Shown piece after piece: positions 26,072 through 36,642 of a stretch of 37,385 nucleotides of DNA. Both the position numbers and the translations under genes were made by a program. The notes under the pieces are model-generated. The model did no database searches, was not told the DNA's origin, and saw only the letters and a program-made list of their open reading frames with translations. This DNA comes from Dehalococcoidia bacterium. Lineage in GTDB: Bacteria > Chloroflexota > Dehalococcoidia > Lucifugimonadales > UBA3495. The first letter of the stretch is position 1, and every line of letters begins with the position of its first letter. The DNA lies in the NCBI GenBank assembly GCA_030740155.1, contig JASLXV010000035.1:1-37385 (forward strand), given 5' to 3'.

Positions 26072-29000
26072 TTAATCGTCACCGCCCTCGGCCTTCTCCC
26101 CAGTCTCTTCGGGCCTGCCTTCCTTGATCCTGCCGGCGATGAACTCGCCGCGGCTGACCACTACCTCAACGGACACCACGTGGCCGGGTTCCAACGGGGC
26201 CTGCACCCGAGTAAGGGGTTCTGTCGTGATCTTCAGGCCGTTCACCACCACCGCGACGACATCGAAGTTGGGAGCCAGCACCACCACTTCGAGCGGACCC
26301 ACGACATCGAACGTGAACGGAACCGGCCTATCTGCCTTGGACCTGCCTGCCTCCACCTTCCTGGCTACCAGGACGCCGTCGCTAAAGCCGCCGTTGATCT
26401 TCACGGCCGTCCCCACCCCGATGGTACCTTCCAGCTTGGCGAAAGCGCCCAATTCCACCTCGACGCCATTGATCGCGATGGCCGTCACCCGGCTCTCGGT
26501 GTCCAGTTGAAGCGCCTCTATCAGGCCCTCGATCTGGACCTCGGCCGTTTCGGGCAATCCCAGGCCGGGCTGGTGTTCCAACCTGCTGGCCAAGAATGTA
26601 CCGTTGCTGATGATCGCCTTGGCGGAAACCTCGGCTCCCGGCTCCAACGTACCCTCAACTTCGGTGAGGGCTCTGACGCCGAGGGTCAGACCGTCGATCA
26701 CCACGCTTTCGATATCTCCGGCTTCGTTGCGGTTCACCCGCCCGATGACACCTTCGATCTTCACCTCGGTTCCGCTGGTGGTCGCCGCCCTTCCCTCACC
26801 TTTGAGTTCCTGGGCGCTAACCGAGCCATCCGGGAGCAGAAAGCCCTCCAGCTTGACCGGAGAGCCCACGATCAGCTCCCCCTTGGTCTCCGACAGCACG
26901 CTGAGGGCAACCTTGATGCCGTTGACCACCAGGGCGTTGCCCTCTTCGTCGATCGACTCAAGGGTGCCCTCGATCTCCACGGTGCTGGGCTCAGGGATGT
27001 CCCGCGGCTCCACCATCCCCAGGTTAACGACCTCTTTGGCCAGGAGAGAGCCGTCCGGCTGCAACAGGGCCTCGACTTCCACGAAATCCCCCACCCGGGT
27101 GCCGCCTTCCATCTCGGTCAAAGCGCTCAGGACCACGCGAACCCCGTCGACGATGAGTGTCCCGTCATCCATCAGGTTTTCGACGGTGCCGCGGAGCTTC
27201 GCATTCTTCTTCCCCTGGCTCGAGCCCCCCGTGTCACCGTTCACCTTCAGGGCTCGTAGAGAGCCGCCCCGTTGCCGGATAGCCTCCACGGCGACCGGTC
27301 GGCCCACCGCCGGGCTTCCTTCGAGCCTGGTTAGGGCGTCCACGGCCACGGGCATGCCGTTGACGGTCCAGTTACCCTTCGAGTCCGTCCCCAAGAAGGT
27401 CCCCGTCAGCGTTACCACGCCGGTGTCTTGACCGCCCCTCCCGAAGAAGCTCTTGTTCTCCACCTCCCGCGCCAGCAGAGTGCCATCCTCCTTGACTACG
27501 GCCCGTACCTTCACCTGCTGGCCCACGGCGGGCAAGCCATCGGTGTCGGTGCCCGGGCTGATCGATACTTGAACCTGGCCAATGAGCCAGTTCCCTTCGT
27601 CGTCCAGCCCGTCGAAGGAGCCCTCCAGGCTCACCGTGCCAAGCACCTGCCCGCCCTCGTCCTCCTCCTCCTCCACCTTCAGGGCGACGATCGAGCCGTC
27701 GGGTTTCAGCACCGCCTCGATGTTCACCCGTTGGCCGACCACGAGACCTGCTGCGATCACGGTGGCCGCGTCAACGGCCACCGAAGTCCCGTTGATGATC
27801 AGGTTGCTGTCCTCGTCGAGGCCCTCGAACTCCCCCCGGAGTTCCACGCTATTTTGGCCCCTCCCGGCATCCTCGGCCGCCGGAACTTCCGGCGCTTCTG
27901 GGTCCTCCAGGCTGGGCTTTCCGGCGGTTACATTGATTTCCCGGGCATCGAGGGACACGCCGCCAATTACCGGGTCCCCGACGGTCCCCACCACGACGAA
28001 TGACCCCTCAGCCAGGTCGGTTTCACCCTTGTGGAAGCGAACGGTGGTACTCGGAGTAAAGAGTAACGTGATGGGCTCTGCCGCAGTTCCCGGTGGCTGA
28101 ATCGTTAGCTCAGATTCGGAAACCGCCAGGACCACCCCCGGTACGTGCCGGTACCGAGTCTTGCCGGGGATCAAGAAAATCTGGTCCGCGGCGGGTTCGC
28201 CGCCCGCCTCGTTGAGGGACACGGCCACCACGTCCCCCTCGGCAAGGTCCATGAGGCCGGCGTCACTCTTGTTGGGCAGCCGGATGCTGGTCTCACTGGT
28301 GACCGGCACCTCCACGGTCCCGCCGTCGGTATTCACCAGCAAGGAGTCTTCACCGACCGAAATCACGGTCCCAAAGAAGTCCATGGAAACCGGCGCGGAC
28401 GCATCCGGCGCCGGCTGGGGAGTGGGCGTACGTGTGGGGTCTCCGGCGGAGGCGGTCACACAAGGCGATTCGGATGAAAACCGAAGGACGCCGGCGATCC
28501 GTCCGCCCGTGGCCGAATCGTAGGTCAGGTCGAAGGGAAAGGCCGTCACGTCGACGACGATTCCCGCTGAGCCCGAGCTATCGGTGATGGCGTCGGCCAA
28601 GGCGGCGCCGAAGGAGCCGATCTGGTCTGATACCAGTTGAGCGCCCTGTACGAGAACTGAAAAAAGGTCGGTGCAAGCCGTTTCACCGGGCGGCAACGGG
28701 TTCTCCCGTGAGAGAAACGCGCCCGCGTAACGGAACCGGTACGCCGTATCGCCCCGTGGGGCGTTGAGCACCACCGTGGCCGCGGTGATGGCAGACGGCC
28801 CGGTGTTTCCCAGGCTGGCCACTGCCCCGCTCAGATACTTGGGCTCGGGCACCGGCTCCGTTTTCACAACGCGGAAATTGCGGCTCTCGGCAAGGGAGCC
28901 GGTCCACCCGGCGATGACATAGCCTCCATCATCGGTCTGCTGCACTGCCCGGGCGCCCGAGGCCTCCCCAATCGTTTCGCTCCATTCCTCGTTTCCGGAT

Positions 29001-30073
29001 GGATCGGTTTTGACGACCCAGAAATGGTCACCGTCTGGGAAAGACTCGCTCCACCCGGCGAGAACGTATCCTCCGTCCCTGTTCTGCCGAACGGCATGGG
29101 CCACGTCGCTGGTGGTACCTCCGAAGGTCCGGCTCCACTCCTCATTGCCGGAGGCGTCAGTCTTGACCAGCCAGAAATCGGCTAAACCCGCCCCGGACGA
29201 CCAGGTAAAGCCGGCCAGAATATATCCCCCGTCTGCCGTCTGCCGGACATCGCGGGCCTCATCGATCAGAGGGCCGCCATAGGTCTTGTTCCACTCCTCG
29301 TTTCCGGTGGAGTCCGTCTTCACCAGCCAGAAATCGCTGGACCCGGCGCCCACGGAGTCCGTCTTGCCGGCCAGGATATAGCCTCCATCCGCCGTCAGCC
29401 GAACGGCATAGGCCTGATCGTGCATGCTGCCGCCGAATTGGCGGTCCCACAGGCGCTCCCCGGATACATCGGTCTTGACCAGCCAGAAATCGTTGCTGGG
29501 ACCGGCCATGGTCCAGCCGGCCAAGATGTAACCGCCGTCGCCGGTTTCCAGGATGGAATGGGCCTCATCGAGGGTGGGAAGGTCCAAGACCCCGGGAAGC
29601 TCGGTATTGCCGATCCGCTGGTTCCACAACTCACTCCCCGACGCATCGGTTTTGACCAGCCAGAAATCGCTCTTTACCACCGAGCCGGCCTGGAATGAGT
29701 GGGTTTCGCCGGCCAGAATGTAGCCACCGTCTCTGGTCTGTTGGACATCGTAGGCTACGTCGTCCTCCGGGCCGCCGAAGGTCCGGCTCCACTCCGAGGT
29801 CCCGCTGGCATTGAGCTTCAGCAGCCAGATGTCGCGGCCCCCGGCGCCGAAGGTGCGGGTTTCCCCGACTACGATGTAACCCCCGTCATCCGTTTGCTGG
29901 ACGGCGTGGGCTACCTCGTCGTCAACGCCCCCAAAGGCGCCGCCCCAATCCAAGTTGGGTTGGGCCGCCACGCCGTTGACGAGCAGGCCCAGGCTAAGGA
30001 GCCCAACCCCCATCAAACCCAGGGGAGGCACCAATCGCCTGCGCCATCGATTTCTATTGTTGCTACCGCCCAT
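26072..30073 (-). CDS. Large secreted protein: signal peptide, 7-blade beta-propeller, linker domain and about 10 DUF5666-type repeats (~1333 aa)
   Basis: ATG 30073 with AGGAGA RBS; RRR + hydrophobic + AAQ signal; 7 x DGGYxxxG..DFWLVKTD..G.E.W; 10 x V.IEG....V.G..V...T..G.L.VG..V.V.A...DG...A. Confidence 0.85.
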   Translation of the reverse strand: MGGSNNRNRWRRRLVPPLGLMGVGLLSLGLLVNGVAAQPNLDWGGAFGGVDDEVAHAVQQTDDGGYIVVGETRTFGAGGRDIWLLKLNASGTSEWSRTFGGPEDDVAYDVQQTRDGGYILAGETHSFQAGSVVKSDFWLVKTDASGSELWNQRIGNTELPGVLDLPTLDEAHSILETGDGGYILAGWTMAGPSNDFWLVKTDVSGERLWDRQFGGSMHDQAYAVRLTADGGYILAGKTDSVGAGSSDFWLVKTDSTGNEEWNKTYGGPLIDEARDVRQTADGGYILAGFTWSSGAGLADFWLVKTDASGNEEWSRTFGGTTSDVAHAVRQNRDGGYVLAGWSESFPDGDHFWVVKTDPSGNEEWSETIGEASGARAVQQTDDGGYVIAGWTGSLAESRNFRVVKTEPVPEPKYLSGAVASLGNTGPSAITAATVVLNAPRGDTAYRFRYAGAFLSRENPLPPGETACTDLFSVLVQGAQLVSDQIGSFGAALADAITDSSGSAGIVVDVTAFPFDLTYDSATGGRIAGVLRFSSESPCVTASAGDPTRTPTPQPAPDASAPVSMDFFGTVISVGEDSLLVNTDGGTVEVPVTSETSIRLPNKSDAGLMDLAEGDVVAVSLNEAGGEPAADQIFLIPGKTRYRHVPGVVLAVSESELTIQPPGTAAEPITLLFTPSTTVRFHKGETDLAEGSFVVVGTVGDPVIGGVSLDAREINVTAGKPSLEDPEAPEVPAAEDAGRGQNSVELRGEFEGLDEDSNLIINGTSVAVDAATVIAAGLVVGQRVNIEAVLKPDGSIVALKVEEEEDEGGQVLGTVSLEGSFDGLDDEGNWLIGQVQVSISPGTDTDGLPAVGQQVKVRAVVKEDGTLLAREVENKSFFGRGGQDTGVVTLTGTFLGTDSKGNWTVNGMPVAVDALTRLEGSPAVGRPVAVEAIRQRGGSLRALKVNGDTGGSSQGKKNAKLRGTVENLMDDGTLIVDGVRVVLSALTEMEGGTRVGDFVEVEALLQPDGSLLAKEVVNLGMVEPRDIPEPSTVEIEGTLESIDEEGNALVVNGIKVALSVLSETKGELIVGSPVKLEGFLLPDGSVSAQELKGEGRAATTSGTEVKIEGVIGRVNRNEAGDIESVVIDGLTLGVRALTEVEGTLEPGAEVSAKAIISNGTFLASRLEHQPGLGLPETAEVQIEGLIEALQLDTESRVTAIAINGVEVELGAFAKLEGTIGVGTAVKINGGFSDGVLVARKVEAGRSKADRPVPFTFDVVGPLEVVVLAPNFDVVAVVVNGLKITTEPLTRVQAPLEPGHVVSVEVVVSRGEFIAGRIKEGRPEETGEKAEGGDD

Positions 30074-30198
30074 GCGGCCGTCTCCTGACAGGGTTGAAGT
30101 CATCTCGGTCAGCGTATCGTCATCATCACCCGAGAACCGTTACCCATGTGTTACGCATCGTGCATGATTGCGTCCTTCTAGCTGGCTGTTTTGGCTGT

Positions 30199-31008
30199 TT
30201 AGGGCCGGTAGATTACCGCGATTACAGTGCTCAAGACCCTGCCATCATTGTTGGTGGCCACCACATCGATGATGTTGGGGCCCGGTTCCAGGGTCAGGAT
30301 GGTCGAGAAAAAGCCAAGCTCATCCACCGGAACCGAAACCCCGTTTATGCTGGTAATCGCCTCGGGCCCGGTGCGGCCGGAGAGGCGAATGGAGCCCTGG
30401 GAGACGATGCTCTGGTCCTCCGGCTCGGTGACGAAGAGAAGAAACGGCTGGGGCGGAAGGGCCAGGGAGGTGACCCGCAGGGCTTTGCTTTCCCGGTTTC
30501 CCTTGGAATCCGTGGCAACCACCCGGATATCGTTGATCCCTGGAGTGAGGGTGACCGCCTCTTGAAACCTTCCGTCATCGCCCACTAGGGCCGCCAGGCC
30601 TTCGATGCTGACCGATGTTCCAGGCGTGGTGATGCCGTGAACCACGACGGCGTTGCCGTTCACGGTGCTTCCATCCATCGGGGCCCGCACGTCAAGGACC
30701 AGCCGTGGATTCGGTCCGGCCGTGGGAGATGGCGTGAAGGTCGGCCGCGCCCTGGGTGTCGGCGTTGGATTTTCCGTGGGGATTGGAGTAGGACTGACGG
30801 TCGGCCGGGGAGTTGGCACGAGGGTAAAGGTGGGCACCGGCGTCGCCGTCGGGCGTGGCGTCGGATTGGCGGTCGCGGTCGGGATTGGCGTTGCCGGCGA
30901 GGGGGTGGCGGTGTTAGTTGCTTCCCGGTCCACCACCTGGACGCACCCGGCGAACACCAGGACCAGTCCGGTCAACGCCAGACTCAGCCACACGAGAACT
31001 CGGTTCAC
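30199..31008 (-). CDS. Lipoprotein with Pro/Thr linker and two Ig-like (glucodextranase-B-type) domains
   Basis: FAGC lipobox; PT-rich linker; two x V.G.T.P....SI.G......G.F...L.PG.N.I.VVAT...G. Confidence 0.85.
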   Translation of the reverse strand: MNRVLVWLSLALTGLVLVFAGCVQVVDREATNTATPSPATPIPTATANPTPRPTATPVPTFTLVPTPRPTVSPTPIPTENPTPTPRARPTFTPSPTAGPNPRLVLDVRAPMDGSTVNGNAVVVHGITTPGTSVSIEGLAALVGDDGRFQEAVTLTPGINDIRVVATDSKGNRESKALRVTSLALPPQPFLLFVTEPEDQSIVSQGSIRLSGRTGPEAITSINGVSVPVDELGFFSTILTLEPGPNIIDVVATNNDGRVLSTVIAVIYRP

Positions 31009-31077
31009 AGGTGATCTCCAGGGTGAATGGGCACGATTAGCCGCAGGCTAGGCCCGGCACGGTTACCGCAGTGTTAC

Positions 31078-32070
31078 TCACGGGACCTCCAATGGTAAGC
31101 TCACGAGGAATGCGCTGTGGTGTTCCGGCTCCGAGGTGGCGCCGCCGCCGGCCGCGCCTTCAGGGGCGCTTTCGGGAATGCTTTCGATGGTAATGTCACC
31201 GCCGCTCCGCTTGGCCAGGGTCCGGGCGATGAAAAGCCCCAGTCCGGAGCTGGTCTTCTCTTCCCTCCTGGCAACCTGGGGCGTCCACCCGTGATCGAAG
31301 ATGTGACGCTGGTATTGAAGGGCGATTCCGGGGCCATCGTCCCAGACCCGGATGAAGAAATGGCTCGGGTTCATACTCAGCTTTATCTCGATGTGGGTGG
31401 AGGCGAAACGGACCGCATTGTCCACCAGGTTGACCACGATGTGCTCGATGGCGGCGCTGTCGGAGTACACGAGGCCGAACTCCTGAGGTTCAGCCCACCA
31501 ACTGATCTCCTTGGACGCCTCCTCGGCGACCGGGGTGTACCGGTCGACGATTCTCCGCACCACCTCGGCCGGCTCCACCGGCTCGCGCTGTGGCGGCGTG
31601 TCCGGCGCCTCCAGCTGCACCAGCACCTGAACGTTCGACATCATCAGCCGGAAGTTCGGCGCCTGCCGCTCTATTTCATCGAGCAGCTCCTGTACCTCCG
31701 GCCCGCTCAGGGCCCCCGACGACCGCAAAACGGCCCGCAATTCCCGTTCTTTTCCCAGGATTCTCCGCAGCGGCCGGCCCAGGTCATGGTCGAACAGCTG
31801 GAAGTATTGCTGGGTCACCCGGCTCCAACGCGGGAGCATGGCGCTCTCCCCGTCGGCGGCGCTGTCGCCGCGGTGGGCCACGGCGGGAATCAAATAGGAG
31901 GCGGAGATGACGCCAAGCCCAACCAGTAACAAGACGGCCCCGATGTAAGAGAGGGGCTCGACTCCCCACAAGGCCTCGAAGAGGTCGCTACCGATGATCG
32001 GAGCGACGACGAGGAGGACGACGCCACCGAAGACAACCACGCCCGCGGCAATCCTGATTCCGGTATGCAT
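31078..32070 (-). CDS. Sensor histidine kinase, small intramembrane-sensing architecture
   Basis: ATG 32070 after AGGAG; two TM helices with a ~15-aa loop; H-box FDHDLGRPL, N-box NLVDNAVRF, G1 DDGPGI, G2 SGLGL. Confidence 0.9.
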   Translation of the reverse strand: MHTGIRIAAGVVVFGGVVLLVVAPIIGSDLFEALWGVEPLSYIGAVLLLVGLGVISASYLIPAVAHRGDSAADGESAMLPRWSRVTQQYFQLFDHDLGRPLRRILGKERELRAVLRSSGALSGPEVQELLDEIERQAPNFRLMMSNVQVLVQLEAPDTPPQREPVEPAEVVRRIVDRYTPVAEEASKEISWWAEPQEFGLVYSDSAAIEHIVVNLVDNAVRFASTHIEIKLSMNPSHFFIRVWDDGPGIALQYQRHIFDHGWTPQVARREEKTSSGLGLFIARTLAKRSGGDITIESIPESAPEGAAGGGATSEPEHHSAFLVSLPLEVP

Positions 32071-32196
32071 CCAACTCCTGCTAAGCAATGCCCTTGGCCT
32101 CGTTGCACAGAGGACTGAGAACGGCGGGTTTCATGACCTGCCTTCCCCCGCCAGCGGCCCTCGCGGCGGGTGGCGAGTGGGTGTCGCGGCGAGGTT

Positions 32197-32985
32197 TCAA
32201 CCCTTGGGCGGAACCAACCGGTACCCCTGGTCCCGAACGTTGATGATGAGTTCCCCGGGTCCGAAGCGCCGGCCCGAGGCCTTGCCGATGGCGTCTTTGA
32301 TCTCTCGTATCCTCACCCGCAAAGAGGCCCGGGGGTCCTCGCCTCCCGAGTAGCGCTCCAGCCTGCCGAAGGGCACGAGTTCGCCCGGGCTTCGGTACCA
32401 GGCCGCCGCCAGCTCCCTCAGAATTTCGAACTTCATCCCCTGGATTTCGCTAACCGGCTCGACATCGTCGCCGGCCTTGACGTAGAGGACCTTCACGCCC
32501 GCGTCTAGGAGGATATTGTCTCCGATGGGTATCTTGTCCGGCGTGGTGCCGATCAGGCGGCGGAGCCGCAGCACCACCTCCTCGGGGCTGGCCAGCTTGT
32601 CGATGAAGTCCACGGGGGCGTTCCATTTCAGGGTCCCCCGCACTGCCGTCTCCCGGTCCGGGCCTTGAGCGTACTGGGTGAACATCAGAATTGGCAGCTT
32701 GGGGTGCCGTTCGACGATTGCTCGAAGAATCGCCAGCCCCAGGAAACGGTCGTCCCGGTGCTCCCCGAAGCGCACATCAAGCAACACGCCATCCGGTTGC
32801 TCTTCCTCGACGGCGTACAGCGCCGCCGCCTCGAACTCTTCTCCCAAGGACCAACGGGTCTCCGGTTGAACCACGACCGGCAGCCAGCCTTCCTGATCCA
32901 GCCGGCGTCTCACGGCCTTCACGATGGCTGATTCCCACTCATCGTCGACGATGAGGATCTTTCGCTGCTGACTGCCCTGGTGCAT
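32197..32985 (-). CDS. Response regulator (receiver plus winged-helix), divergent OmpR-like; start may be GTG 32994
   Basis: KILIVDDE, VLLD, MFT, FIDK receiver residues; FEILRELA..PGELV..LRVRIREIK..IINVRDQGYRL output domain. Confidence 0.9.
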   Translation of the reverse strand: MHQGSQQRKILIVDDEWESAIVKAVRRRLDQEGWLPVVVQPETRWSLGEEFEAAALYAVEEEQPDGVLLDVRFGEHRDDRFLGLAILRAIVERHPKLPILMFTQYAQGPDRETAVRGTLKWNAPVDFIDKLASPEEVVLRLRRLIGTTPDKIPIGDNILLDAGVKVLYVKAGDDVEPVSEIQGMKFEILRELAAAWYRSPGELVPFGRLERYSGGEDPRASLRVRIREIKDAIGKASGRRFGPGELIINVRDQGYRLVPPKG

Positions 32986-33043
32986 CTCGGCCACCACGCT
33001 CCTTGCCCATATCTTACCAAATGCCGGGCGCTTCGTGGTTTCA

Positions 33044-33075
33044 TGATCTACGCTTCCACCGATCCACCGATCCAC
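33044..33075. repeat. 8-bp-period tandem repeat upstream of the response regulator
   Basis: TGATCTAC GCTTCCAC CGATCCAC CGATCCAC. Confidence 0.6.
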
Positions 33076-33311
33076 ATATATCCGGATCGAGGCTACATCC
33101 ATCAAACGGACGCGCCGCCCCGCTGGGAGTCGTAGGGGGGAACGGGTACACCCCGGCGGTGCACGGCGCCACCGGGGCTTGGGAGATGGCAGAGGTTGTT
33201 TGAGGAAAACGGTAGGGACGGACGGCTTGGCGGGAGCCGGCGGCGCTTGCATCGCCGTGGCCCCGGGCCGCCGCCGGTCCAGGCCGGGACGGGCGCCGCC
33301 GCCGGGTTGCT

Positions 33312-34262
33312 TCAGGCGCCGTCCGGTTCGTCGGGGGTATTCTTCAGGATGTCTTCCAACGTTTTGTCCAGGGCCGGGTCCAGCTCCACGGCCTCCACGA
33401 AGGGGTTGTACTCGTACTCTGACCGGACCCGGTCAATGATCTCTTTGGCCCCGGGGTTTGTGGCCCCGATCCGTTCCAGAGTCTCTTCCAGCTCGCGTGA
33501 CTCGGCCTCGCCCAGTGTGAACAATTCCGTCAGGCTCAAGTCCAGCTTGAACATGGACTTGAGCCTTCGCATGATGTCGTAGAAGGACCGGTGGTCCCTA
33601 GATATGCCCACGGGGTCGTTGCTGGTACTCAAGAAGGGGTACATGGGAGCCATTGCCCCAAGCCGGATTACCTCGAATTGGGGATATAGGTAGTGGGCCA
33701 TGCTAACCAGCGCCATTCCGATGGTTGGACCGCTCCGGCTGTTGCTGCCGTAATTGGAAAACCGGAGGCCGTACTTTTCCAACGACTCCTTCATGCGAGC
33801 GTGGCTGTAGATACAGCTGACACTTCTCTCCAGATCGGGCGGGGCCGCACCGTTGTACCCTTCCACGGCCACGGTTTGATCGATTCCCAGCTCTTTCAGC
33901 GCCTGAAAGAAAGCCTCCCCGTACAGGTCGATTTGAAACCAGGGTTCTTCCCCCAGAAACAGGATCAGCCCGTTTCCCGCATCGTAAAAATGGTTCGCAC
34001 GATCCATATTCCTGGTCGGTAGCCCTTCCTGGAATACCACCCTGGGCCGGTATATGTCGTGGGTTCCCGGCACCTGAAAGGGGTAACACATCTTGGAGAT
34101 CTGCGAACCCATCTCTCCGATTTGCCGAGCGTCGAAGTGGTCGATCAGATACCGCAGCAAGCCGCCGGAGATCTCACCGCCGTCGGACCACTGCTGCCGC
34201 CAGCCGGCGATCAGGTGCTGGGCCCGAGGGGTTTCCCTAAGCACCAACAACTCGTCAGCCAT
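33312..34262 (-). CDS. PAC2 (proteasome assembly chaperone) family protein
   Basis: LIAGW..WSDGG....YLI, RP.V.F.EG, LILFLGEEP, P.Y, LDLSLTEL pattern; AGGAG RBS. Confidence 0.8.
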   Translation of the reverse strand: MADELLVLRETPRAQHLIAGWRQQWSDGGEISGGLLRYLIDHFDARQIGEMGSQISKMCYPFQVPGTHDIYRPRVVFQEGLPTRNMDRANHFYDAGNGLILFLGEEPWFQIDLYGEAFFQALKELGIDQTVAVEGYNGAAPPDLERSVSCIYSHARMKESLEKYGLRFSNYGSNSRSGPTIGMALVSMAHYLYPQFEVIRLGAMAPMYPFLSTSNDPVGISRDHRSFYDIMRRLKSMFKLDLSLTELFTLGEAESRELEETLERIGATNPGAKEIIDRVRSEYEYNPFVEAVELDPALDKTLEDILKNTPDEPDGA

Positions 34263-34677
34263 CGGGCGTCACTCCTGTATAGCTACGGGCGGGCTCGGCG
34301 CGTCTTGGCTCCGCGCCGGCCGGCAGGTTTGGGGGGTGACCACGGGGCTGCCCCGTGCCCGCCGGTACTGGGGACGATGCAGCCCGCCAGGCTGGCCGGA
34401 TATTGCGGCAACCGGACCGACAGCCCGGCTCAAGGGCGGCAATCCGGCGTATTCCAGTGAAACATTACAGCTCAGATTTCATTTTGACAGAGGCCTTCGC
34501 CAAACGCAAATCGTGCCGGTCCGGGGCAGGACGTGGCGCAAGAGCGCCGGCTAATCAAGAACCGCGAGCCACGGCGCCGGCCGGCCACCCGTTTAGGTTG
34601 ATTCGGGGCCCTGGAGTATGGCCGGAGCGCGGCAAGTTGGACTACCCGTTAGAGTGATCTTGCTGATCGAACGGGTC

Positions 34678-36642
34678 CTAGGGGAGGTTCAGCACCCATT
34701 TAGCGTCGGCCACGTCTCGCGGCAGTAGGTACATTTTGGCGTTCACCTCGGGTAGCAAGGCGTTGGCGTTCTCCTGATGGATGAAGTTCAAGGTCTTCCT
34801 GTACTCCAATTCCATTCCCAGCCAATTGACCACCAGGTCGAAGGTTTGGACCGCGTCGGCGTGAATTTTGTGAAGAGAACCGGGCGGCGTGATTCGGGCT
34901 AATCCATCCACGGCTTCCTGGGCGTCCGAGACTATCTCAGTATAAGCGGCAACAGATTCATCGTCGGAGAGTTTGCGTTGGAAGTTCGCCGCGCGGCGGT
35001 TCAAGACGTTGACCAGTTGTGCCATCAGGGGGTCCAGGGCTTGGAGGTATTCGGCCGCGTCCGTGCGGTCCGGGTCTTCCCAGCTTGAAAGCCATTCAAC
35101 GAATCGCGATTCGAAATCTTCATAGGTTAGTGTTGTAGCGGATTGCAGAGCTTCTGGAAAGTCTGTACCGGAGGCGATCTCCCGCAGAGCGGCGAATGGA
35201 GACGAGGAGCCGAAGGTTTCGCTCATGAACCGCACGGCCATATAGGCCTGGTCGTACTGAAGACTAATCTCGTCGGGATCGCTCCTGTTGTTCCAGGCCG
35301 CCTGGCTTTCCATTGCGGCTAAGGGAAACAACGTTTTGGAAAGGGCAGCCGCCTGCGCGCTGTCGGCGCTGCGGAGCAGGTGCAACCTGAAGGCGTTGGG
35401 CCGAGGCCTTCCGAGGCCCAATTCGCTCTCGTAGAATTCAGCGAGGCCTTCGTGCAACCAAGCGGGCAAAGATTCGCCGCCGCCGATCTCTTCAACCACG
35501 TGATGGATGTATTCGTGGACCACCACGGACTCGAGCCCGGACCGGAGGGCGTCGGCCAGCAGGTAGATCCCGGGCTTGAAGCTGTAGCTGCGGTAGTAGC
35601 CCCCCTCCCAACCCAGGGTCACCAGGGTAGCCTGGCTCAGGTTGTCGAGTGTCACCCGGCTGCCCACCATATACAGGTCGGGGACCGGAGCCAGCGGCTC
35701 ACCCACGGCCGCCTCCATTTGAGCAGAGGCCAATGCCAACCGGTCCTGCACGGCCACCGCCAGCGCCGGGTGCACGTCGTCCGAGAAGAAGACGCCGGCC
35801 TCCGGCCCATGGAGGCCACTCAGGTGGGGCCCCAGGTGAAAAGATTCCAATCCGGTCAATCGCAGCTCCTGAAGCTGGTACGCCACTGATTCCTTCCGGT
35901 CATCGAAATCGAGGGTGACCCTCCAGGTGCCCTCCGCATCCTGGATTCCATACCGCGTCCACGAGGTTTCCCCGGCGTCGTCCGCATAAACCGTCAGAGT
36001 GGTCACGGCACTGCCATCAGAACGGCCGAGGACTTGATCGTTCACGTCAATCCAGCCTACCCTCGTGCCCACGGGGTCGGTGAAGGTGACGTCAACTCTT
36101 TCCCATGGCGGAAGGCCGAGAAGGCTGAACGCCACGTTGCGTCCGGCGATGGGCTGCTCGGGGGATATGAGCAGCGTGATGCCATCGCCGAGGTCGAACC
36201 CGGCGGTATCTTGAGGAATAGGCACCGTTGGAACCGGAGTGGCGGTCGGTGTGACGGTCGGAGCCGGCGTGGCCGTCGGAGCGGGCTTTGGCACCGGTGT
36301 GGCCGTCGGTGTGGCCATTGGAACCGGAGTGGCGGCCGGTGCGGCTGTTGGAACCGGGGTGGCGGATGGTGTCGCGGTCGGAGCCGGCGTAGCGTCCGGC
36401 GTGGCCGTTGAAACCGGCGTCGAGGCCGGATTGGCCGTTGGAACCGGTAGGGCGGTTGGTTCTGCTGCAGAGGTGGCTCGAATAGCCGCCGGGGAAGTTG
36501 GCACTAGGGTCGGCGTGGGAACGCCGGTTGGAGCGATTACGGGTACAACGGTCGGCAAGGCTGTGGGGGCAGCCGCGCCTCCGCCGCCACAGGCGGCAAC
36601 GAGGGACCCGGCTATCGCGAAAACAGTTATCCGGAGCCGCAT
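34678..36642 (-). CDS. Lipoprotein with Pro/Thr/Ala linker and clan MA (gluzincin-like) zinc metallopeptidase domain
   Basis: ATG 36642 on the - strand (ORF track strand label is wrong); LVAAC lipobox; HEYIH..PAWLHEGLAEF; Y.QAY.AV.F. Confidence 0.88.
   Translation of the reverse strand: MRLRITVFAIAGSLVAACGGGGAAAPTALPTVVPVIAPTGVPTPTLVPTSPAAIRATSAAEPTALPVPTANPASTPVSTATPDATPAPTATPSATPVPTAAPAATPVPMATPTATPVPKPAPTATPAPTVTPTATPVPTVPIPQDTAGFDLGDGITLLISPEQPIAGRNVAFSLLGLPPWERVDVTFTDPVGTRVGWIDVNDQVLGRSDGSAVTTLTVYADDAGETSWTRYGIQDAEGTWRVTLDFDDRKESVAYQLQELRLTGLESFHLGPHLSGLHGPEAGVFFSDDVHPALAVAVQDRLALASAQMEAAVGEPLAPVPDLYMVGSRVTLDNLSQATLVTLGWEGGYYRSYSFKPGIYLLADALRSGLESVVVHEYIHHVVEEIGGGESLPAWLHEGLAEFYESELGLGRPRPNAFRLHLLRSADSAQAAALSKTLFPLAAMESQAAWNNRSDPDEISLQYDQAYMAVRFMSETFGSSSPFAALREIASGTDFPEALQSATTLTYEDFESRFVEWLSSWEDPDRTDAAEYLQALDPLMAQLVNVLNRRAANFQRKLSDDESVAAYTEIVSDAQEAVDGLARITPPGSLHKIHADAVQTFDLVVNWLGMELEYRKTLNFIHQENANALLPEVNAKMYLLPRDVADAKWVLNLP
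36226..36447. repeat. Degenerate 30-bp coding tandem repeat (about 7 copies)
   Basis: Encodes (V/A)PTATPxATP decapeptides in the peptidase linker. Confidence 0.85.
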
